DNA of 62,862 nt, counting the filler. It is 4 parts of 4 records of this genome, joined end to end, with 100 filler letters (N's around TTAATTAATTAA, not from the genome) between each part and the next. Parts side by side here need not be neighbours in the genome. Positions count along the whole stretch, not along the records: positions 34,802 to 57,416 come from SRR2962707_4526; positions 57,517 to 62,862 come from SRR2962707_4533; 2 more parts are not named here. One strand, written 5' to 3'. This document shows, piece by piece, positions 54,936-62,862 of this stretch. Below the pieces are notes generated by a model. That model searched no databases, was not told the origin of the DNA, and saw nothing but the letters and a program-made list of their open reading frames with translations. The translations under genes and the position numbers were made by a program. Position 1 is the stretch's first letter; the number at the start of each line of letters is the position of its first letter.

Positions 54936-56039
54936 ATGCTCACCGAACTTCGTCTCTCAGACTTTCGAAATTATCATCAGGCGGATTTTTTGCCCTCTCC
55001 AGGGCTGAATCTCATTTTTGGCGCCAATGGTAGCGGCAAGACCAGCCTGCTGGAAGCCATCTATTTTATCGGTAGTGGGGGGCGGTCTTTTCGTGGGGGG
55101 AGACTGTCTCGTCTGGTTCGGGATGGTGCGCCCGCGGCTACCTTGTTCGCTGTGATTGATCAGCCATCTGGAAAGCAGGATAGATTGGGGGTCAGAAGAG
55201 CCTTATCCGGCATTGAGTCCTTAAAGCTCAACGGCCAGACACCCTCCGCCTTGAGTGATGTAGCTACCCTGCTTCCTGTTCTGGCATTACACCCTCAGTC
55301 CGTGGATTTGATATTTGGCGCCTCTTCTATCCGCCGGCGTTTTCTGGATTGGGGAATGTTCCACGTGGAACATTCTTTTCTCGCGGCCTGGAAAGAAGCG
55401 AATGCCTTACTCAAACAACGCAATGCGTTACTTAGGACAGGACAAGCGTCGCAAAGGGAGCTGCGTTATTGGGACCAGAAACTGGCAGCCAGTTCTGCTA
55501 CTATTGAAGGGTTGCGTAGACCGTATCTGGCTCGGCTGAAAGCAGAGTGGCGAAAGATTCTGGAGAAGTTATCTCCTGATCTCAAAGTCAATTTGGAGCT
55601 GCATACTGGTTTGCGCCCTGGTGAAGATTATCTCCAGGCGCTGATTCGGACCGAGGAAGAAGACCGACGTCGAGGTTTTACCCACGCGGGCTTCCATCGG
55701 GCGGATGTCAGAATCACGAAAGATGGTGTGGTGGCCCGGGATCGTGTCTCCCGTGGGCAGGCAAAAATTTTGTCTTATGCCCTGGTACTCTCTCAGCTCC
55801 CCATGATCTCTGAAGCAAACAAGGTCTGCACTCTGCTTGTGGATGATCTGGGCTCTGAGCTGGATCAGACTCATAGGGACACCCTGTTGCGCTTTTTGAC
55901 CATAGGGAACCATCAGACATTGATCACGGCGGTGGACGCGGACCATTTAGGCCGCGCCACCGTTGAAAACAGCGGTGCTGCCGCCCGAATGTTCCACGTG
56001 GAACATGGACGGATTCAGCGGATATCGAACGACTCGTAA
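54936..56039 (+). CDS. recF: DNA replication/repair protein RecF
   Basis: FRNY, GANGSGKTSLLEAI, RRRFLDWG, SRGQ and DDLGSELD. Confidence 0.96.
   Translation: MLTELRLSDFRNYHQADFLPSPGLNLIFGANGSGKTSLLEAIYFIGSGGRSFRGGRLSRLVRDGAPAATLFAVIDQPSGKQDRLGVRRALSGIESLKLNGQTPSALSDVATLLPVLALHPQSVDLIFGASSIRRRFLDWGMFHVEHSFLAAWKEANALLKQRNALLRTGQASQRELRYWDQKLAASSATIEGLRRPYLARLKAEWRKILEKLSPDLKVNLELHTGLRPGEDYLQALIRTEEEDRRRGFTHAGFHRADVRITKDGVVARDRVSRGQAKILSYALVLSQLPMISEANKVCTLLVDDLGSELDQTHRDTLLRFLTIGNHQTLITAVDADHLGRATVENSGAAARMFHVEHGRIQRISNDS
55357..55372. promoter_or_regulatory. parS centromere site 1 (inside recF)
   Basis: Perfect palindrome TGTTCCACGTGGAACA. Confidence 0.88.
55990..56005. promoter_or_regulatory. 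parS centromere site 2 (inside recF)
   Basis: Identical palindrome TGTTCCACGTGGAACA. Confidence 0.88.
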
Positions 56040-57416
<1,377 letters not shown>

Positions 57417-57516
57417 NNNNNNNNNNNNNNNNNNNNNNNNNNNNNNNNNNNNNNNNNNNNTTAATTAATTAANNNNNNNNNNNNNNNNNNNNNNNNNNNN
57501 NNNNNNNNNNNNNNNN
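57417..57516. other. Artificial contig spacer
   Basis: N44 + TTAATTAATTAA + N44. Confidence 0.98.
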
Positions 57517-57517
57517 C

Positions 57518-57730
57518 CGTCGTCTCGGCGTCAAGAAGTTCGGTGGTGAAGCTGTCATCGCCGGCAACATCATCGTGCGTCAGCGCGGCACCAAGTGGGC
57601 GACCGGCACCGGCGTCGGCCTGGGCAAGGATCACACCATCTTTGCCCTGATCGACGGCAAGGTCGCGTTCCGCACCCGTGCGAACAACAAAGTACACGTG
57701 TCTGTCGTCCCGGCAGAGGCCGCCGAATAA
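57518..57730 (+). CDS. rpmA: 50S ribosomal protein L27, 3' part (contig edge)
   Basis: Manual translation [27 protein letters not shown]...[15 protein letters not shown]...AAE*. Confidence 0.96.
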   Translation, partial: RRLGVKKFGGEAVIAGNIIVRQRGTKWATGTGVGLGKDHTIFALIDGKVAFRTRANNKVHVSVVPAEAAE

Positions 57731-57799
57731 CCCGGCAGGCCTTTCAAACCCGCCGGAGACCTGTTCCCCGGCGCCGCGTTTGAAAAAACAAGCAGATGC

Positions 57800-57832
57800 A
57801 AAGGGGAACCGGTGAGCCGGTTCCCCTTTTTT
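57800..57832 (+). terminator. Intrinsic terminator after rpmA
   Basis: AAAGGGGAACCGG-TGAG-CCGGTTCCCCTTT followed by more Ts. Confidence 0.85.
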
Positions 57833-57852
57833 CTTCCCCGGAGCATTTGCCA

Positions 57853-58395
57853 ATGACCATCGTCGCCACCAGCCTCAAGGACCGCCTGCCGACCACCATT
57901 CGCACCGCGCGCCTGGTCCTGGCGACCCCGACCCTGGCCCATGTTCCGGAAATGGCCGTTCTGGCCAACAATAAAGCCATCCACGCCGTGCTGGCGCGCC
58001 TGCCCCATCCCTATGGCGAAAGCGACGGGCGCTTTTTTGTCGAGAACATCGCGCGCGGCGGCGCCGAATTTGCCTGGGCGATCGAGTTGGATGGCGCCTT
58101 TATCGGCACGGTGGGCCTGCATATCCTGCCCGAAAAGCTGCCTGAGCTTGGCTATTGGCTGGGTGAACCCTTCTGGGGCAATGGCTTTGCCACCGAGGCG
58201 GCCCAGGCCGCTGTGGCGGCCGCACGGGGGGCCGGGACGGCGGCCTTGCGCTCGCGGGCCCTCACGCACAATCTCGCTTCGCGCAATGTGCTGAAAAAAG
58301 CCGGTTTCACCGAAATCGGCGAAGGGATCGAGCCGGACCACAATCTGGCCGGCCAGACCATGACCCTCATGCATCTGGAGTTCGACGAAAGATGA
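57853..58395 (+). CDS. RimJ/RimL-type GNAT acetyltransferase 1
   Basis: [30 protein letters not shown] and [19 protein letters not shown] before MTIV. Confidence 0.9.
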   Translation: MTIVATSLKDRLPTTIRTARLVLATPTLAHVPEMAVLANNKAIHAVLARLPHPYGESDGRFFVENIARGGAEFAWAIELDGAFIGTVGLHILPEKLPELGYWLGEPFWGNGFATEAAQAAVAAARGAGTAALRSRALTHNLASRNVLKKAGFTEIGEGIEPDHNLAGQTMTLMHLEFDER

Positions 58396-58919
58396 CCGAG
58401 CTCGAGACATCCCGCCTCCTCCTGCGCCCGGCCCGCCCTGGCGACGCGCCCTGCTTTGCCCTGGGGGTGAGCGACTTTGCCGTCGCCCGCTGGCTGACGC
58501 CCCTGCCCTTCCCCTTCACCCTGGCCATGGCCAATGACTGGCTGCGGCTGGCGCCACAGAACGGGCCGGACAAATCCATGTTCATCATCGACCTGCCCGG
58601 ACGCGGACTGATCGGCTGCGTTGCCCTGACCAGCGAGATCGGCTTCTGGATTGCCCGGCCGCATTGGGGTAAGGGCTATGCTTCCGAGGCCGCCCGCGCC
58701 ATCATCGATTGGCATTTTGCCACCAGCAATAAGGGCCACATTTCCGCCAGTGCGCAACACGACAATCGGGCCTCGCTACGCGTCAAGGCGCGGCTGGGTT
58801 TTGAAGAAGTGGGCCGCGACATGCGGTTTTCTCACGCCCTGCAGCACAATGTGCCGCATGTGTTGACCCGGCTGACACGCCAGCGCTGGATGGAACGGGA
58901 AGACAAACAATGCGCCTAA
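58392..58919 (+). CDS. RimJ/RimL-type GNAT acetyltransferase 2
   Basis: ETSRLLLRP, LPFPF, EIGFWIARPHWGKGYASEA and NRASLRV..RLGF. Confidence 0.9.
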   Translation: MTELETSRLLLRPARPGDAPCFALGVSDFAVARWLTPLPFPFTLAMANDWLRLAPQNGPDKSMFIIDLPGRGLIGCVALTSEIGFWIARPHWGKGYASEAARAIIDWHFATSNKGHISASAQHDNRASLRVKARLGFEEVGRDMRFSHALQHNVPHVLTRLTRQRWMEREDKQCA

Positions 58920-59434
58920 GGCACGCCCTGCCCGAGCAGATCGAAACCGAGCGCCTGCTGCTGCGCGCGCCTCACGTCTCCGATCTCGACGATCTGGTGC
59001 GCGAGGCAAACAATTGGAAGGTGCTCGAGCCGACCGCGAGCCTGCCTTACCCCTATCGCGACGAGCATGGACGCGGTTTCATCGAGCGCTTTGCGCACAA
59101 ACCCGACAAGCGCAGCTATGTCATTGCCGGGCGCGACGATGATCGGCTCAAAGGGGTGATCGGGCTCTATTTCCACGCCGATAAGCCCGTCGAGCTGGGC
59201 TATTGGCTGGGTGAGACCCATTGGGGCTTCGGCTATGCGCCTGAAGCGGTCAAGGCGCTACTGGGCGCGGCCGCCGCAATTGGCCTGAAACCCATTCGCG
59301 CCCGCGTGCTGAGCGCCAATCCCGGATCGGTACGGGTGCTGGAAAAGACCGGCTTTGCCACCATCGAGCGAACCCAAAGCGTGGTCGAGCGCCATCTGGG
59401 CAAACCGCTCCTGGTGATGGAGTGGCCGGGATGA
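58910..59434 (+). CDS. RimJ/RimL-type GNAT acetyltransferase 3
   Basis: [32 protein letters not shown] and NPGSVRVLEKTGF. Confidence 0.9.
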   Translation: MRLRHALPEQIETERLLLRAPHVSDLDDLVREANNWKVLEPTASLPYPYRDEHGRGFIERFAHKPDKRSYVIAGRDDDRLKGVIGLYFHADKPVELGYWLGETHWGFGYAPEAVKALLGAAAAIGLKPIRARVLSANPGSVRVLEKTGFATIERTQSVVERHLGKPLLVMEWPG

Positions 59435-60024
59435 ACCCAACCCTTCTCACCGAGCGGCTCATCCTGCGGCCGCCCCAAATGGGCGATGCCGAACCCATTG
59501 CACACTACCTCAACGATCTCGAGGTGGCGGGCAATCTGGCCCGCGTGCCCTTCCCCTATCACTTGAGCGATGCCAGGGCCTGGCTTGCCACCCAGCAGGC
59601 GCGGCAGGCCCCCAACCAGACCAGTTTTTCCATCGAACTGGCCGGGGTGGGCTATGTCGGCCATATCGGGTATCAACCTGCAGGCGAGGACGCGATCATC
59701 GGCTACTGGCTGGGCAAGCCGCATTGGGGGCGCGGGATCATGTCCGAAGCCGCCATTGCAACAGTTCGCTGGTTCTTCGAGCGGACCGATGCCAAGGCCA
59801 TCTATTCGGGGGTATTCCACTTCAACGCCGCGTCTCTGGCCATTCAGCACCGGCTTGGATTTACCGAGACGGGCCGTTCTACCCTGCTCTGCCTTGCGCG
59901 CGGCGCCGAGCTGGAGCATATCGACACCAAACTGACACGTGAGCGTTTCCAGCAAGGCTGGCCAGCCGGAAAGAGACCGGCAAGCGCGACAGACCAGGTG
60001 CTGGAAGGCACGATTAAGTCATGA
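59431..60024 (+). CDS. RimJ/RimL-type GNAT acetyltransferase 4
   Basis: [31 protein letters not shown] and [13 protein letters not shown]. Confidence 0.9.
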   Translation: MNPTLLTERLILRPPQMGDAEPIAHYLNDLEVAGNLARVPFPYHLSDARAWLATQQARQAPNQTSFSIELAGVGYVGHIGYQPAGEDAIIGYWLGKPHWGRGIMSEAAIATVRWFFERTDAKAIYSGVFHFNAASLAIQHRLGFTETGRSTLLCLARGAELEHIDTKLTRERFQQGWPAGKRPASATDQVLEGTIKS

Positions 60025-61064
60025 AGTTTCTCGACCAGGCCAAGGTCTATATCAAATCGGGCTCCGGCGGCGGTGGCGCCGTCAGCTTTCTGCGCGAAAA
60101 ATTCGTCGAGTTCGGCGGCCCTGATGGCGGCAATGGCGGGCGCGGCGGCGATGTCATCGCCGAATGCGCTGATGGCCTCAATACGCTAATCGATTTTCGC
60201 TACCAGCAGCATTTCCGCGCCGGCACGGGCGTGCACGGCATGGGCAAGAACCGCACCGGCGCCGATGGCGAGGACATCGTGCTGCGCGTGCCGGTCGGCA
60301 CCCAGATTTTCGAGGAAGACCAGGAAACCCTGATCGCCGACTTTACCGAAGTGGGCCAGCGCGTGGTGCTGCTCAAGGGTGGCAATGGCGGCTTCGGCAA
60401 TGCTTACTTCAAGACCAGCTCCAACCAGGCGCCGCGCCGCGCCAATCCCGGACAGGAAGGCACTGAAAAGGGCATCTGGCTGCGATTGAAGCTGATCGCC
60501 GATGCCGGTCTTGTTGGCCAGCCCAATGCGGGCAAGTCGACCTTCCTCTCGGCCGTCTCCGCCGCCAAGCCCAAGATCGCCGACTATCCCTTCACCACGC
60601 TACACCCCAATCTGGGTGTGGTCCGCATTGCCGAGCGCGAGTTCGTCCTGGCCGATATTCCGGGCCTGATCGAAGGGGCCAGCGAAGGCGTCGGGATCGG
60701 CGACCGGTTCCTGGGGCATATCGAGCGCTGCGGTGTCTTGATCCATCTGATCGATGGCACCAATGAGGATGTCGCCCACACTTACCAGGCGGTGCGCCAC
60801 GAACTGGCCGCCTATGCCGATGTGCTGGCCGACAAGCCCGAAATCCTGGTGCTCAACAAGGTCGATGCGCTCACCCCCGAAGAGCTCAAGGACAAGCTCA
60901 AGGCCCTCAAGAAGGTGTCCAGGGCCGATATTCGCCAGGTCTCCGGCGTCACCGGCCAGGGCGTCGAGCAGGTGCTGTTCGACGTGCTGGCGATACTCGA
61001 CGCCGAAAAGGCCGCCATCGCCGAGGCCGAGCGCAAGCAGACGGAAGAGAAATGGACGCCTTGA
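60021..61064 (+). CDS. obgE: Obg family GTPase ObgE/CgtA
   Basis: [47 protein letters not shown] and NKVD. Confidence 0.98.
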   Translation: MKFLDQAKVYIKSGSGGGGAVSFLREKFVEFGGPDGGNGGRGGDVIAECADGLNTLIDFRYQQHFRAGTGVHGMGKNRTGADGEDIVLRVPVGTQIFEEDQETLIADFTEVGQRVVLLKGGNGGFGNAYFKTSSNQAPRRANPGQEGTEKGIWLRLKLIADAGLVGQPNAGKSTFLSAVSAAKPKIADYPFTTLHPNLGVVRIAEREFVLADIPGLIEGASEGVGIGDRFLGHIERCGVLIHLIDGTNEDVAHTYQAVRHELAAYADVLADKPEILVLNKVDALTPEELKDKLKALKKVSRADIRQVSGVTGQGVEQVLFDVLAILDAEKAAIAEAERKQTEEKWTP

Positions 61065-62227
61065 AGTCCACCAATCCGCTAGCCAATTACCGCCGCATCA
61101 CCATCAAGATCGGCTCAGCCCTGCTGGTCGATGCTGCCGGCAAGCTGCGTGCGCCCTGGCTGGCGGGGCTGGTCCAGGATATTGCTGCCCTCAAGGCCGA
61201 AGGGCGGGAGATCGTCATCGTCTCTTCCGGAGCCATTGCCCTGGGGCGGAGCCTGCTCGGTCTCAACGCCCTGGCGCTGACCCTGGAACAGAGCCAGGCC
61301 GCCGCCAGCGCCGGGCAGATTGCCCTCAGCCAGGCCTGGTCCGAGGCGCTCGGCCAGCATGGCATCGTTACCGGGCAGATCCTGATTACCCCCAATATCA
61401 CCGAAGAGCGGCGCTATTACCTCAATGCCCGCACCACCATCCAGACGCTCCTGGGGTTGGGGGCGGTGCCGATCATCAATGAGAATGACAGCGTCGCCAC
61501 CGCAGAAATCCGCTATGGCGACAATGACCGGCTCTCGGCCCGCGTCGCCACCATGATCGAAGCGGATCTGCTGGTGCTGCTTTCTGATATTGACGGGCTT
61601 TACACGGCGCCGCCGGCCAGGGACCCTGACGCCACCCATCTGCCCTTGGTGGACGCCATCACCCCGGCGATCGAAGCCATGGCCGGCGGCGCGGCCAGCC
61701 ATCTCTCGCGCGGTGGCATGACCACCAAGATCGAGGCCGGCAAGATCGCCACCCAGGCCGGCACGGCCATGATCATCGCCAAAGGCACGGAAAGCCATCC
61801 GCTGGCCCATCTAGTCGCGGGAGGCCTCCATACCCTCTTCAAGCCTGCCACCACCCGCGCCCAGTCGCGAAAACGCTGGATCATGGGCACGCTGGCCGTG
61901 GCCGGCACGCTACAGGTCGATGCCGGCGCTGCCCGCGCCCTGGCGCAGGGCAAATCGCTGTTGCCCATCGGCGTCACCCGGATCACCGGGGACTTCGAGC
62001 GCGGCGATACCATTGCCGTGCTCAATCCCGATGACCGTGAGATCGCCCGAGGCCTTGTCGGGCTCGACAGCGACGATGCACGGCTGGTCATGGGCAAGCG
62101 CAGCGACACCATCGTCGCACTGCTCGGCATGGACAGCCGCGCCGAACTGGTGCATCGCGACAATCTGGTACTGACTGGCAACACCGACACCAAGCACAGA
62201 CAAGAGGCCAACCATGAGCCTGGCTGA
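61052..62227 (+). CDS. proB: Glutamate 5-kinase with PUA domain
   Basis: [41 protein letters not shown] and ELVHRDNL. Confidence 0.97.
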   Translation: MDALKSTNPLANYRRITIKIGSALLVDAAGKLRAPWLAGLVQDIAALKAEGREIVIVSSGAIALGRSLLGLNALALTLEQSQAAASAGQIALSQAWSEALGQHGIVTGQILITPNITEERRYYLNARTTIQTLLGLGAVPIINENDSVATAEIRYGDNDRLSARVATMIEADLLVLLSDIDGLYTAPPARDPDATHLPLVDAITPAIEAMAGGAASHLSRGGMTTKIEAGKIATQAGTAMIIAKGTESHPLAHLVAGGLHTLFKPATTRAQSRKRWIMGTLAVAGTLQVDAGAARALAQGKSLLPIGVTRITGDFERGDTIAVLNPDDREIARGLVGLDSDDARLVMGKRSDTIVALLGMDSRAELVHRDNLVLTGNTDTKHRQEANHEPG

Positions 62228-62862
62228 AACCACCGCGACCGACATACCCGCATTGATGGCCGAGCTGGGCCGCAATGCCCGCATTGGTGCCAATGCGCTC
62301 AAGATCGCCACGCCCGAGCAGAAGCGCACCGCGCTCTTGACCGCGGCCGGCGCCCTCAATGCGCATCGCAAGAAAATCCTGGCCGCCAACGCGCTCGACA
62401 TGGAAGCCGCCGAGAAGAAGGGCATTTCAAAAGCCTTTCTCGACCGGCTGCTGCTCACCGATGCGCGGATCGACGGGATTATCGAGGCGGTAAAGACCAT
62501 CGCCGAACTGCCCGATCCGGTCGGTAGCGTCATTGCCGAATGGGACCGCCCAAACGGTCTTCATATCGAGCGCGTGCGCACACCGCTCGGCGTTATCGGC
62601 GTGATCTTTGAATCACGCCCCAATGTGACCGCTGATGCCGGCGCCCTGTGTATCAAATCGGGCAATGCCGTGATCCTGCGCGGCGGCAGCGACAGCTTCC
62701 ATTCCAGCCGCGCCATAGTCGAATGCCTGCTCGATGGACTGCATCTGGCCGGCCTGCCAGTGGAATGCGTGCAATTGGTGCCCACCACCGACCGCGCCGC
62801 CGTGGGCGAAATGCTCAAGGGTCTCAATGGCAATATCGACGTCATCGTGCCGCGCGGCGGCA
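62214..62862 (+). CDS. proA: Gamma-glutamyl phosphate reductase, 5' part (window edge)
   Basis: Manual translation MSLAETTA...ILAANALD...LDRLLL...LPDPVG...[36 protein letters not shown]. Confidence 0.96.
   Translation, partial: MSLAETTATDIPALMAELGRNARIGANALKIATPEQKRTALLTAAGALNAHRKKILAANALDMEAAEKKGISKAFLDRLLLTDARIDGIIEAVKTIAELPDPVGSVIAEWDRPNGLHIERVRTPLGVIGVIFESRPNVTADAGALCIKSGNAVILRGGSDSFHSSRAIVECLLDGLHLAGLPVECVQLVPTTDRAAVGEMLKGLNGNIDVIVPRGG

Overview
The window is not one locus. It is four unrelated contigs joined by artificial spacers (N44-TTAATTAATTAA-N44 at 15653-15752, 34702-34801 and 57417-57516). (1) 1-15652 is a GC-rich alphaproteobacterial (Rhizobiales-like) fragment. It carries ornithine cyclodeaminase, phasin, LysR, GNAT, an NhaP antiporter, a sarcosine-oxidase-type operon, a lone AT-richer DUF3883-type nuclease, an SDR, a rhodanese, an HD-GYP protein and the gcdH 3' end. 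In the sarcosine oxidase operon the alpha and gamma subunits are fused, and a 268-bp nested-palindrome element sits on the soxB stop codon. (2) 15753-34701 is a eukaryotic (protist-like) fragment with spliceosomal introns: a 5-exon UCHL5/UCH37 gene, a ~12-kb Nup205/Nup192-like gene, a 5-exon ubiquitin E2 gene that the ORF track misses, and strand-oriented (CTCA)n tracts. (3) 34802-57416 is the replication-origin region of a gammaproteobacterium (Alcanivorax-like, by inference): cspA to mnmE-yidC-rnpA-rpmH, oriC, and dnaA-dnaN-recF-gyrB, with two parS sites inside recF and no yidD. (4) 57517-62862 is an alphaproteobacterial (Devosia-like, by inference) fragment: rpmA, four tandem RimJ/RimL-type GNATs, obgE, proB, proA. 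I found no CRISPR array, rRNA, tRNA or transposase. I cannot demonstrate a new multi-gene system. The best leads are the four-GNAT array coupled to obgE, the SoxA-SoxG fusion with its structured insertion, the shared PhaR-like box on the phasin and GNAT genes, the solo nuclease and the oversized Nup205. All family calls come from motif recognition by eye, not from database searches.
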